64,000 nt of DNA from Bilabrum cf. latius (lineage: Eukaryota). The translations under genes and the position numbers were made by a program. Location of the stretch: NCBI GenBank assembly GCA_965178125.1, contig OZ237736.1, positions 496,001 through 560,000 on the forward strand, written 5' to 3'. Every line of letters starts with the position of its first letter. Within the stretch, counting starts at the first letter, position 1. This document shows, piece by piece, positions 36,805-49,500 of this stretch. Below the pieces are notes generated by a model that did not search any database, was not told the DNA's origin, and was given only the letters and a program-made list of their open reading frames with translations.

Positions 36805-39800
36805 TCATAATTTTACGACTCCAATGGAAGCGTCAGCTTCTGCAGGGTCGTTGATACTAGAACCAGGATTACCGCTTTGGCTGCCTGCAGCTGCGTAAGA
36901 GGTCAGTCCTCCCATTGCTGGGACGTACCCGGAGGAATCTGCCCCTCTAGTAGCAGGACCCTATCCTGCTCCGTTGTCGTATGGGTTCACCGATCCCCCC
37001 ACGGGTGCTACCCGCAGCTGCTTAGTAGCCAATGGGTGAGCAGCGTCCTGCTAACCATGCACAGTTCCTGGAATGCTGCCCCCCCATGGGTAGGCGGGTG
37101 GGGGCGCAGGCAGTGGAGGCCCAGGAGGAACTGCTGCGTCAAGAAGCGGTCTTCCCGCTGCATCGCCAAAGTGGTCGTCCAAAGGAGGAGGCGCCCGGGG
37201 TTCTCCCGCAACTGGCTCCGCCTCCTACACCCTGGGTTGCTCCCTTCGGGGCAGCAGCCAGCAGCAGCATACAACGCAGTGGTCATTATCATCCCTACAA
37301 GTTACACCGCAGCAGCGTCGGGGCATGCATGGCCCACACATGCACAGAAAAATAGCACACGTTGAAGTCAGCACTACCCCTCCCACAAATGCACCTGCCG
37401 CAATCTCAATGGCCAAACGAACGGGCAGGCTAGGGGCCGGGGTTGGAGATGGTTGCACGGGGCTCGGCGAAGCCGTGGGGGAAGGCGTGCCGGTGGGTGT
37501 CGTGGTAGCAGTGGTGCTAGGTGTGGCGGTCGGCGTGATGGAGGGTGTTGGCGTTGGAGTCACCGTCGTACTCGGGCTTGAGCTTGGCGTTGGAGTCGTT
37601 CTCCACGCACTCAAAACTTGGCCATCCCCTACGATGTAAAGTCCCGCGGCACCAAGGCTCATGGAGTTGACGGAAGCTGTTTGGCACCCTGCAACTCGGT
37701 AGGTGTGCACTTGCACGTTGCCGTTCTGCTCGAAGGCATCCGACAGCCGGAGAGCGACCGTACTGGAATCAGGCTGCAAGTTCGCCTGCAAGCCGACGTA
37801 CACCACATCACTTGCAGACACAGCCAACGCCACCCCAGACTGCATTGGGTCCCATCCATTGGATTGCAAAAGCTGGACGTTCCACGTCTTGTCAGAAACT
37901 TGTCCATCTGAGCTGACGTATGATACCCATATGGTGGGGACCCAGAGAGGCAGGTGAACACACAAAACCATGACAGTGTAAGTTGCATACGAGCCACCAG
38001 GTGCACCGATAGGGCCAATATCACCAGGACTCACCACTGTGACTCCACGTCGGTTGACAAGCCCGTTGGAACTGAGACCGCTCTCTGGACGAGGTGGCTC
38101 AAGGGGCAGTTTAAAGTGGGATACCAAAGACTCGGGATTGTCCGATGCACTCATGAGGCTCAGCTTACCGACCACCGCTGCCTACATGGAAAGGCTGTTG
38201 CCCACGCCATCCGCCGAACCCTGAGACACCGCAGTTACGATTATTTCATCGAGGCACGACAGACCATCTTTCAGCGATGCCATGACGTCTGGCAACTCCC
38301 ACATCACTGCAGCCGTGCTTGTGTCAATGGCCACGAGACCGGGACACATTAACCCTACTTGCCCGCTCGCCTCGTAGCAGAGCGGGCTCGTGCTCTCATC
38401 CGGCCTAAACTCGTCGTCCGCGTTGGGGTAAGGGTACATGGGTCTGTACGCAGTGCCTAGGAGCAAGCGGCCACATACCGCCACGGGCGCGCCAGCAGCA
38501 AAGCTGAGCCCGGTGTCCATCGGCTTGGGGTAGCTCGGAGATGACCCCCACACGTTTAGTACCATGAGACTGCCAGGGGGACCCATCATGCCGCCATACA
38601 CATCAAGCCCAGTCACGAGCATGTACAATGGGCAGTGTGCCACCGCCGTAAAGCACTCTCCCAGTACCGCTTGGTGGACCTGGTATGTCCCTACCTTGGC
38701 GTACACTACCTAAATACTCGGGGCATCAACGATAATGACGGGAGGGCTTCCCCACGATTGCTTGGCCTTTGCCACTAGAATGAGGCGCGTTTCAGTCGAG
38801 CTACTATGCTACGGTGGCGTCACTATAAGCTCAAACTCAAAATACTGGCAGCTGACATCTACCAACCGGCTGTCAAAGGTGCCCAAACGCTCAAATATCT
38901 CGCTACCGAGCTTGCGCCTGTACAGGACGTGTTGATATCCGGTCGTCGCCTGCATCATGGTGACGATGAACTGCGAGTCATGCGCATCAATGACTAGATT
39001 CGACTGCTAGCAACCGTCGAGAGGTGATGCAGTGTGCACGAGGTCAGTTGCAGTCGATGCAGCGTCTTTAGATTTGATGGGCCCCATTGCCTGCTCGTGC
39101 CTTCTGGTTCTGCCCCTACCGGCGCCTTGCATACCCCACACAGGCAAAGTGGCATTGCTGGGGTTTGGGGTGGGAAGTGGCAGCGGTGAAGGAGCAGGGG
39201 CCTTGCGTAATTGAACCAGCTCGGCAGGGAATGGGTTTACCTTTGCAATCGCGAAGATCAGCTCCCTCCTGCCGATGGTCAGACCGACGATGGGACGGGT
39301 GCCCCATCCCTGGTACACTCGGTGCGATTCGATCGACGAGGTGCCATGCTGGGCATATATCGCTTCCAGTGGTCTGAAGGCAATCACCATATCCGGCTCG
39401 CTCCTGGTGTCGCCCATCGAGCCGAGGGACCGCAGCACGGCGTAGACGACTCCGTCTGGGGACATGACTGGGCTCTCCAGGGATGAGTGGCCCGTTAACT
39501 GCAATGGAAGCGATATATTAACTAGGTAGGTTCGCTCCTGTAGGCTGCCATTGCCAGGCAGAGCCACGAAGATCTGGTGAAAACTGGGAAATAAGGCGAT
39601 ACCCGGCTCGCCCTAGGTAGGAGTGGTCTTGGAGATTAGCAGCAGCACCGCCTGACGGCATCCCTAGTCAAACATGCCGTGGCAGTACTGTGTCATAAAA
39701 GGAGTGACAACACTCGCACTTTCGAAGGTACCGTCATCGTCAAAGCTTTCCGCAGCAGGAGGGGCTTGCACCCCTCGAACTGAGGGCTTGCTGGTGCCGC

Positions 39801-41054
39801 CCCAAGGCTGGTGGTACCTGCCCTGGCTGACCCAATAATCCTCTGTGCTGCCGCTCAATCTCCTCGTTATTGAGGGCTATCGCTTATACACTACAAGTTC
39901 CGTCTTTCCAACAAGTAAATTGCTCGCATTCCGTTCCACTACAGCAGCCATCCACGAGCCTTGGCACACAAGACCAAAAGAGACGATGTGCTGCATGCGC
40001 TCTGTCCATAGCACCTCGCCTGACCAGCGATCGAAGGCTCGCAACACCGGACAGTAGACCCCTCCTGCTAACGAAAGGCATAGTCCACCTGCACTAGCGG
40101 CTGTTCCATTCTCTGTGATGCTGTGGTCTTGCACGTATCGGGTGGTTACAACGGAATCGTCACACACAGCCACCTGCACTGGCATGTCTTCCGGTGCCTT
40201 CCAGATGCTGTCAGCCACTAAGGTTTCGCTGCTTTCCGGGTTCCAAACGTCGATCTGTAGAAGCTGGGCCTGTGCGTTCAGGTAATGCAAAGGGCATGAG
40301 CTCCTGGCGCTGCTGTCGCAATCCGCCGTGACGAGGGTGCTTGGGATGGCATTGACGTCCTTGAAGTACCTTTCCATCGTCGCCGAAGCGACATTGATGA
40401 TGAATAGGGTTCTAGAACCCACAAGGATTCTTGTGTCATCATTCCAACTTTTCTTGGGCAGGATAATTGCGTGATTATTCGGAAAAAGGCAGAAGACGCC
40501 AAGAGGCGCTGGGATACTGATCACTAAAAAGTCCAGCCCTGCAGACGGAGAAGTACGCTTTAGAATTACCAAGCTGAGCGGACGGTTGCACGAATACGCG
40601 TACTAGGCCCCTAGATTGTCAATGAGCACGTTTCCAATGTCGGACTGAGAAGGATTGCTGTCTGGCACCAACGGGACTGTTAGATTGCTGCTAGCCCGTT
40701 CGAACGGCCCTCGAGCGGCAAGCTGCATCCTAGAGTGACCCCCGTTGCCGAACTATGACCCCCAAACCATTGAATTCGACGAGTTCTAAAATACTTTGTC
40801 AAGGTGGCGTTGATGTGCAGCCATTGAGAATCCCACCTTTCGCGAATTGGGCAAGCCCCTGCGGGAAGAGAGTCAGGCAAGCTCAATACGACGGAAACAT
40901 TGCGTGCGATACGGGTTTACATGATTCGGCTGTCGACCCAAACAAGGCTACCTCACGCTGCAATCGACAAGAGTCCAAGAGCACATACGAGAATCTGAAT
41001 GGGGGAGCACAGCCCAGCTTTCCTGAAGCTTTGGACGCAACAGCGCTGAACCAT
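36805..41054 (-). CDS. Type I membrane protein: signal peptide, two putative PQQ/BamB-like propeller modules, Pro/Thr stalk, TM helix, Cys-rich tail; ~1383 aa
   Basis: complement(join(36805..40858,40957..41054)) with a 98-nt GTGAGG...CGCAG intron. Five track ORFs share one frame with 13 TAGs; TGA stop. Module starts WGSQFGNGGHSR..GP and WGMQGAGRGRTR..GP; stalk TTPTPSSSPSTTVTPTPTPSITPTATP; TM LAIEIAAGAFVGGVVLTSTCAIFL. Fold assignment is tentative. Confidence 0.7.
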
Positions 41055-42308
41055 TAGTCAGTAAGAGTATGGTATCATGTATAATTTGCTCCGAAGCAGT
41101 GAAGGCAAGCTTGTTTCAGTCGAGGAATGGTCAATTCATCACCAGTCCGGATTTCGGAATTCGGATTCCGGATGGTTGCCCCCGGCGGTTGCAACTGCAA
41201 ACCACTCGCGCAAATAGAGACTCCCTGTACACGTACGTGTACAACAAATGGAGCTGGTGGTGTCTACCAAGACTTAATTAGTCGGCTGCATGTCCTCCCG
41301 CCTGACACCACCAGTGCGCCCAGTCCATTCGTTGATGGGCAGGTCCTGACGCAATAACCTCCGGGAATATGCCGTTACATGTGGTAGTGCGCCACCCTAG
41401 GGGGCCTCCACGGTGGCGGTGGGCTTGGCGCTCATTTGCTTGTGTTGCATCCGCGATCGTCGAGTGGAAACTCTCCAACGGCTGCACCAAAAGGGGGCGC
41501 CTTCGAGGGGAGCTGGGGGGGTGGGTGGGGGCGACTTGCAGTCCGCCAGTGCTAGCCAAACCGACATGTAGACCGCTGAGATGGAAACTGCGGGAAAATT
41601 CGATATGGAGTCTGCGCTGCAAGGCAGGTTGGATGTCGATTCAGCTGCTCCTGTTGCAGCTACAGATCCCGTGAGCGAGCGTGTGGCAGGGCCTGTCTGA
41701 ATCTGGCTAAGTCGCAATACATGCACTCCACTTTACATGCACGTCGGATTGCACGTCGGCACCGTTCCTGGAGTTGTTCCAGGGTGCCTTGGACGATTGA
41801 GAGCTCCAGAGAGTCTGAGTCCCCTCGGTGGTCGTGCGTCAGCACCTGCTCCGTTTTGACGTGTTCCATCCATAGTGCTCTCCCCACTGCCGTGGGTGCC
41901 CAGGAAACATCCGTGTGCGTGGCTTCCGCGCGCATCTTTCGGCCTGTACCGAGCGTTCTCCTCTGTGGTGTATGGCACCTTCCCTAGGGTAACGCCCAGT
42001 GAGCCATCGTAAGATGAGGCGGCCATCTCGGCCTCGCCAGGTGCTCCGTGCTATCGCTGGCATGGCCGATGGACCGAGGATCCGGGAATTGTCCAAAGCG
42101 ATGCAGCTCTGTAGGTGCTTCATACCTACAGACTCCTCGTCGAACTTTGCCCAGGCGTCTGTCACTACCGGATGCATCGTTTCGGCTTCGCGAAGTATTC
42201 CGTTTTTTTGGCGAGATGAGAGACGTTGGCACTCTTCCGGTTTTCACATGCGAATTCCCGCGTCGCAGCAGCAAACATTTCTCCGCCCTTATCATGCGGG
42301 TAGATATC

Positions 42309-43582
42309 ATGGATGACCACTACATGGCGCTCTCGGCTATTGTAACAGTTGTGATGTAGCTGCTTTTCTTTGCTATCGCTTTCGCTTTCCAGTTTGACAA
42401 AGTGAGCGTGCTGACGTTGCTGGATCAATGGCGACGTGTTCGGCACCTGTGCAATTTGTAGTTTGGCAGCCCCGGTTCCACTCCAGCTACCGACCGAGGA
42501 CAACACATACATTTACATTATCCGCTAACTTGAAACCCATGCCATGTTGGTTCGCTGGATCCGTGCCGGGCTGAGCTCTGAGAAGCTCAACCATTTGCAG
42601 TATTCATGGTTTCATGGCCGTCTATCTCGCGTCGCAGGTGACAGATTTTGCTGGTTCTACTAATTTCACCCTGCTTGCTTGGATGACCCTGATCTTGAGT
42701 GGGGCGTATCAGACCCGACAAATCATTGTCACGGTAATGCTTACGTTCACCAGAGCATACTTGGCGGGATACCTGCTCTATCGCGTGTTGCAGCGTGGTC
42801 ATGACGCTAGATTCGACCAGATGCGGTCGCAGTTCTTCGCCTTCCTGGGGTTTTGGGTCTTTCAGATGATCTGGGCGTTTGGTGTTTCCGTTCCGGTGAT
42901 CTACTTGAACTCATTGCCGGTTGGCGATGGAGCAAGCGACGAGCCCCCGCTGGAATGGAGAGACTACCTTGGGTACGTTTTGTTTGGAATCGGGTGCATT
43001 TTCGAGATCGCGGGAGATCTCACGAAGAACTCGTTCCGGGCTGACAAGTCTAACAAGGGCAAGGTGTGCGACGTCGGCGTGTGGGGATGGTGCCGCCATC
43101 CGAATTACTTCGGGGAAATCATGATCTGGTGGGGAATCTTTGTGAGCTGCACCGCGGGATTCGAGGCGAATGGCTATGGCGAGGGCTACGGCACCGTTGT
43201 GTCACCGATCCTCACGATGCTCATTCTTCTTTTCCTGAGCGGCGTGCCGTCCGCCGAAGGGTCCTCCTGGGGGAGGTACACGAAGAATCCAGAATATCGC
43301 CCCGTCGTGCTCGAGTACATCGAGAGCGTGCCGCCTGTGGTTCCTTTCCCGTCCCCGGTGTACAGGGTGCTCCCAGGCTGGTGCAAAGCGGCGTTCTGCT
43401 GCGAGTTCCCGATGTACGCCCCCCCGACCGAGAAGGAGGACGAGCAGGCGCGGGCAAAGGACCGGCTCACCAAGCACGGGGGCGGGCATGGTGCTAATGC
43501 AGACAGAGTGGAAGGCGGAAAGGACGAGGGCGAGGTGTCCGTGGTTGCCCCCGCGGCGGCGGGGTCTTCGCCCACTGCGTGA
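42309..43582 (+). CDS. DUF1295 family (steroid 5-alpha-reductase-like) membrane protein; 2 exons, 345 aa
   Basis: join(42309..42401,42638..43582) gives MDDHYMALSAIVTVVM*LLFFAIAFAFQFDK|VTDFAGSTNF with TAG at 42357. Motifs GHDARFD, FWVFQMIW, GVWGWCRHPNYFGEIMIWWGIF, LLFLSGVP. Confidence 0.92.
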
Positions 43583-43725
43583 CTGCACTGGGGGAGGAAG
43601 GGTGGGGGGGGGGGGGAAGAAAACTTGACCTGACTGTCGGGGAGATATTCATGGAAACGCTCTGAAGCTCTGTAACTAACGACACTATCTATGTTGCAGG
43701 CCTTGCTTGCCGAATCGATCGGAGC

Positions 43726-46251
43726 ATGAAACGTGCCTCACGAGGCGGATCCAAACTGCTGAAGTCGTCATTCTTTCTCTGTAGCGGGGCGAGGATGATC
43801 TCTTCACTGATTTTTGTAGGTTTACTGCATTTGATACATGCGTCGGATCTTGACACGGTTAGCGCCAGGTTTGCTACCTCGCTTCTACCCAAGGACAGGT
43901 CGGAAGGAGAGAGCCTAGCAAACGAGGTGAACGGAATACTCGCAAAGTTCATCTCGAGCAACTGCACGTTCGAGGGAATTGACTACAACTCAAAGCGAAG
44001 GGCAAGCTGGCCAGTCATGGCTCATCTTTCTTACACTCAAGCCATGCTGGCAGGCTGGCGCTCGAACCAAACTGGATCGCTTCATAATAACGCAACCGTG
44101 CGAAACGCTGGCGTATGCGCCCTCAATTGGTGGCTTGTCCACAAGCCTGAATGTCCGAATTGGTACGATCAGGTCATCTCGGGCCCCAACAACATTGGCC
44201 AGGCTGTGCTGTACCTCGGGGCCGGCTCCCTGCCGCAGAATCAGACCGACGCAGCTGATGCACTGATGAACAAGGCCGCCGGCCCGTGGACCGGAAGCAA
44301 TCTCCTCTTTGTGCTCCGCGCGCAAATTCTTCGTGGGTTGTTCTTGAAGGACGCAGACCACGTCGGGAAATGCTTCAGCACAGCGTATGGCTCGCTGGTC
44401 CTCTCGAACCAAGGCGATGACGGCATCCAGGCCGATGGGTCCTTCCACCAGCACGGGCCCCAGCTCTTGGCTGCTCACACGTACGGGTCTGAGTTCTCTA
44501 ACCACGTGCTTGAAATGACCATGCTGTCAGCGGACACGCAGTGGCAGCCCGCAGATGGCCCGTTGGCGAACTTTGCGGGTCTGGTGCTGGACGGGCAGCA
44601 GCACATGGTGCGGGCGCAGTCGGACCACTGGGATTGGCAGGCGGCTGGACGGTCCGTCGATACGCCACCTGGCCACCTCACTGGCGTGTCGTCCTCCCTA
44701 GTGCCCTCTTGGATGCGGTCTCTGGCAGACCGGCCCAGGGGTGACGAGTGGGTGGCGTTCGCTGACAGGCTTGATGCGGGCAGCAGCGGGGCGCCTCTTG
44801 TCGCGACAAAGGTGTACTGGGACAGCGACTTCGCCACGCACGCCACGAAGGATTTCTCAATGAGCATTCACATGCACAGCAAGCGCACCATCGGCGGTGC
44901 TTGCGTCAACGAGCAGGGTAAGCTGTCCCAGAGGATGTCTGACGGCACTATGGCTGTCTACCACAAGGGGGATGAGTACGATGGCGTGTGGCCAGTCCTC
45001 GACTACATGCGGCCTCCCGGGACTACAACGGCGATGAACGGAGAGGAACTGGGCTGCGGCAACGCCAAGAAGCCAACGTACTCTGGTTGCACCTTTGTTG
45101 GGGGAGTTGCCTCGAACTCTTCTGCCTTTGGCGCCCTCGCCATGGACCTTCACTACGACAAGGAGATCCACGCTCCCAGATCGTGGATGCTCATCCCGGA
45201 AGGATCCATCATGCTCGGTCAGTCCCTACAAGCCGCTGCTGGTGAAGACTTTCCCCTCGCCACCACGATGGACCAGAGGCTACTCGCCGGGGACGTCTGG
45301 ATCGGGACTCACCTGAGCGGAGGCAAGCCAGTGAAGTTGACAAAGCAGGGAAATTTTTCATACGGCATTCCAGGGGCTACTTCTGACTCCAGTCTACATT
45401 TTGGGGATGGCAGTATCGCTGACAACGACATCCTCCAGTGGGTATGGCACGACGGGACTGGATACGTGCTGCTTGGTGACAGCATGGGTGCACAGCACGA
45501 CACACCCCCGACAAGTGCACAGCTTTTCGTCGGTCCAAAGACTGGGGACTGGTCCAGGGTTGGTGTCGAGTCGGGCAATGTCACTTTGGACATGCTAGAC
45601 CTCGCTATGTATCACGCCAATGATGCAGCACAAGGAAATGGTACGTTTGCCTACGCCGTCCTGCCCACAGTCAGTTCGCCCAGTGACATGCAATCGGCCA
45701 TCGCAAGGTTTACCACCCAGCCGGCTGCCGGTCGGGATGACCAGCCTGCCTCAGCAGATGGCAAGATCAGAGTTATTCGCCCTGTAGTCGACGGGGCGTT
45801 CGCACCGTGGCACGCAGTACTGCATGACAGCGACGCCACGATGCTGGCTGTGATTTGGGATGCGAACGCACCGCCAGCCGCCGCAGGATTGCTGCAAGAC
45901 GGTACATTCACGCCGGTCAGCGCGGGAGCTGGGTGGTCAATTGCCTCTTCTGTCCCCACTACTGTCGTGGTGGATGCATCCGGCCTAGACTCCTCCGGCT
46001 CAGGGACTGTACTGCTCTCTGCTGCGTCTCCCGGCATCGACGGTGGCAAGATATCACTGTACGTGGACCGTGCGCTCAGTGCATGCACAGTTGCAGGCAC
46101 CAGCAGCGTATCTTGCGTGCCGTACTCGCCTCCTGCCTCAAGCCGTACAGCCTCGCTTAGTGAGGCTTCGACCTGGACGCAGATTACGTTCGAGTTGCCT
46201 GGCGGCGACCGTATGGTGGGCGCGCCCGTGAGTGTTCGGGCAACGAGCTGA
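43726..46251 (+). CDS. Polysaccharide lyase family 8 (chondroitin AC/hyaluronate/xanthan lyase-like), secreted
   Basis: Uninterrupted 841-codon ORF; probable start ATG 43795 (MISSLIFVGLLHLIHA signal). PL8 motifs NWYDQVI, WTGSNL, DGIQADGSFHQHGPQL..HTYG, AGRSV, DYMRPPGTT, FVGGV, RSWM, TTMDQR, WVWHDGTGY, FAYAVLP. Confidence 0.9.
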   Translation: MKRASRGGSKLLKSSFFLCSGARMISSLIFVGLLHLIHASDLDTVSARFATSLLPKDRSEGESLANEVNGILAKFISSNCTFEGIDYNSKRRASWPVMAHLSYTQAMLAGWRSNQTGSLHNNATVRNAGVCALNWWLVHKPECPNWYDQVISGPNNIGQAVLYLGAGSLPQNQTDAADALMNKAAGPWTGSNLLFVLRAQILRGLFLKDADHVGKCFSTAYGSLVLSNQGDDGIQADGSFHQHGPQLLAAHTYGSEFSNHVLEMTMLSADTQWQPADGPLANFAGLVLDGQQHMVRAQSDHWDWQAAGRSVDTPPGHLTGVSSSLVPSWMRSLADRPRGDEWVAFADRLDAGSSGAPLVATKVYWDSDFATHATKDFSMSIHMHSKRTIGGACVNEQGKLSQRMSDGTMAVYHKGDEYDGVWPVLDYMRPPGTTTAMNGEELGCGNAKKPTYSGCTFVGGVASNSSAFGALAMDLHYDKEIHAPRSWMLIPEGSIMLGQSLQAAAGEDFPLATTMDQRLLAGDVWIGTHLSGGKPVKLTKQGNFSYGIPGATSDSSLHFGDGSIADNDILQWVWHDGTGYVLLGDSMGAQHDTPPTSAQLFVGPKTGDWSRVGVESGNVTLDMLDLAMYHANDAAQGNGTFAYAVLPTVSSPSDMQSAIARFTTQPAAGRDDQPASADGKIRVIRPVVDGAFAPWHAVLHDSDATMLAVIWDANAPPAAAGLLQDGTFTPVSAGAGWSIASSVPTTVVVDASGLDSSGSGTVLLSAASPGIDGGKISLYVDRALSACTVAGTSSVSCVPYSPPASSRTASLSEASTWTQITFELPGGDRMVGAPVSVRATS

Positions 46252-46574
46252 ATGGTTGAACTGTGCATGGAGTGGATTTGGAGTGCATTGTGATCGTGGA
46301 GTTGGGTTTATGCTGCGTGTTCCTTATCATACCTCGGTGCTTTGTGTAACCAAGTCAATCCAATGTGTGATGCAAAAAAGTAGACATATGGTTACTGGGA
46401 GCCCCCAAGCACACTTCCGGCTACTAAACTAAGTGACCACTCAAATGGCCAGGCCCGCCCCCAACTGCTTTGCCACCCGTGCACCCGCTCTCTTGCAAGC
46501 CCAAGCACTGCTCTAACCAGTGGACTAGCCGGTTTCACGCACGTGCGTCTGCTGTAGTACTACTGCTCAAATAG

Positions 46575-49500
46575 TCACGTGCACTTGCAGGCCGCGCGCA
46601 GCAGTCCCACGACGCACGTAATCCATACAACGCCAACAATTTGAAGCCGCTACCAAGCTAGCAGCTCTTGTGGTACGCTTTGCAGCGAGCCTTGCTGGTT
46701 TGAGCACGAATCCCAGGCGCAGATTCCTAGTGTGCACAAGGCCGCCCACAGCAGCGAAGCAGCAACTAGGACAGACTTTGCTGCACAGAAGGTCGCTGTT
46801 GAGACTGAGGTTGCGTCGTGTATGGCCTACAGAATAGCAGCATCTTGTGTAGTTTCTCTATCCTTAAGAGCTTCAGCGGTTGACCCGGTAGCTACGCCAT
46901 CAGAATGCTGGGCCCCTTCCCCAACCACCTAGGCATCCCTGACATCTATCTCGCTTGGGTAGGATGACAAAGTGTTCGGCGAAGATTCTTGCAGTAGGTT
47001 CTGCTCTTGTTGCAAGCTGGGGCTTGACCCAAGCCGGGAGCTTAAGCACCCTGCGCCGCCATGCCAAACAGCAACGAGGAGCTGGGACTTCCATGTCACG
47101 ACGGTTAACAACCGCAGAAGCGCTGCGAGAGCAGGAGAACGTCTAGCGAGAGCAACCACTCGATTTCGGAGCCGTCTTCCCTGATTCACAGTCAAATCTG
47201 TACCCGCAGGTTCAGAAATGGAACCGATGCTAGTATCAATACCAGCCGTGGTATGCAGTCTCCAATCGGTGTCTATCTATCCCCCCTCAGGACTAGCCCG
47301 ATGCGGGTCTGCGTGCCTGTCAAAGACGCGCCACTCTATATCGACTTGATTTAGCGTCCTGTTTCCAGCATCAGGACGGTGACCATCCGCATTGCCCCGC
47401 TAACGACTCCATATTGACTCGCTGCCCTCGACGGCCACTTGGTTTCTCGTGTACCTCCGTAGCCGCGGTTGAGACTGCTATCGCCGCTCAGTCAATGCAC
47501 CGAATACGTCAGCATCGCAACAGCTTGCAGCTACAAATCTGCTCACAAGTAGGACACTTTGGCCAGACAGCTGCAACACCGCTGGCGCTTGCAGACTGAC
47601 TTGCAAAAGTACGACACCAAGAAGCCATTGCTGCATAGTGAGCACTAGCTCTGAGATGACCACCCATTTGACTGAATCAAGCTTTGCCTACAAAGATTGT
47701 CTGCACACTACACCCTTTATGGCCAGCCAGGAAGCACAGGCAATATACATGGTACAAAGGAGCGCCTGCAGCACAAGCATTGGGCTCGAGAACCACTGCT
47801 GTGCGGACAGGCGACACTCCTCGCCTAGCATTGGTAAGCCAAATGTTCCAAGGCACGGAAGCTCAATTGCATGAAATACACTATTTACATTCACTGCGAG
47901 CAGCCAAATACCACCTTCTGCACCGGGTCTGTCTCCAGACAGAACAGCTGCTAGTCGCGTTGCTACAGCTCCGGCCGACATCGCACGCAAGGACGTGGTT
48001 TCAGCCAACCCGATCAAATATTCGGGATTCGAAGTGCCGATGCGGACAGAAAATGAAATCTGCACCACTAACTGAGACATGTTCAATGGATCAGCATTGT
48101 CAGGCGGTTGCGGCGGCAGCAGCTCGTAGTCTGTTGCTGCTACCTCCCACCTTCGAAACGTGGAGCCACTACCTTCCCCTGCAAGGTCCATCAGGTCATT
48201 CAACACGTCATCTTCGAGCCATTTCATCTGTGCAGTCGATGGCTCTGGGTAATCGAGGCCTGGAGCTTGACCAATGTGGTCTTCCATCCATGATTGTGCG
48301 GCTGGCCATCTGTTCCGGTCGAAGAGAAGGTCAAACGTGAGTCTAGCTTGCGAAGCCGAGAGACTCTGTGCCCATACCGAAGAGTAAATATCATTCCATG
48401 TTCCCATTGACGGCCGCAGCACCTATTTGCACGTCATCTTGGGGGATATGCTCGCAAAAGCACTATCATTTGCGTACACTAGTGCCGACCTGCTGGACAG
48501 GTTGGGAAACAGCAGAGACCCCCGTGCAGGAACATACTGCAATCTGCTTGCATCATACGGAAACATTGCCGGTGACAAAGCGGGATATCCCAGCCAGTAA
48601 GAGTACCAGATGCGATGCACGCTCGCTGCCAACGACCACCCGCCCCGCGAGCCCCGACCAACGGCTGCCTCCACACCGGGATCCACTGGTACATCGTCAG
48701 GGTCGTCGCACACGGCCATCACTGCCACACGGCCCTGGAAGTAACCGTAGACCTGCGTCCTGTAGGGCAGCCATCGACCGCCTGACACAGCGGGCAGCGT
48801 GACATTGGGGGGCGGCGGGTATGCTCTGGCGTTGACGATGCCTCTGTAGACGGCGTACGGGCCAATGACAGCACCGCTGTCAGCTGGCGTCGCGTCCTCG
48901 TTGGGTATACCGAAAGATCTTGCACCCCCAATTATTGCTCTTCCATTGCTTGCTACTACAGATACGGTTGCATTGTATCGTCCCGATGAAGCCGGAATAT
49001 ATTGGCCGACTGCAGAGTACGGCTCTGCCTCGCCTCCGAATAGGGTAGCAACCCCATTCTGTGCCGCAGTCATGTCCGCTGGCATCAAACCGCTACGGTA
49101 CCGGCTGAAGTCCACATCGTACGAGATCGCGCATCCCACGCGGACACTCGGGAATGGCCCTCGGACAGCATCGCTCTCAGCGTACTGCTTCAGCAAGGCC
49201 TGCATGCGAGGATCCTGTCTGTCGGTGATGCTGCCCGTGTCGGGGGTGCAGGAGCGGGAACCCACGCACGATGCACGATCAAGTAAGACTCTTCGGCCTC
49301 GATGTACATAGTGCCTTCTCCCACCGGCCCTCACCGGCATGTAGCAAAATACATCCTGCATTGGACTACCCACACCATCTCCATCAGTGGTTGCGTTGAA
49401 TGGGTCTAGCACGGACGGTGGCACATCAACCACTAGAGCAATGACATGCCCACGATTCACACGCCAAGCGTAGTACTCGGACTCGCCCACGATCTTGACA

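Noticed and set aside
41278-42177. Possible small multi-exon gene on the minus strand, divergent from DUF1295
   Set aside because: Several overlapping short ORFs and possible splice sites, but no consistent model or recognisable domain.
43590-43618. G-rich run downstream of DUF1295 (possible G-quadruplex)
   Set aside because: A simple homopolymer tract with no evidence of function.
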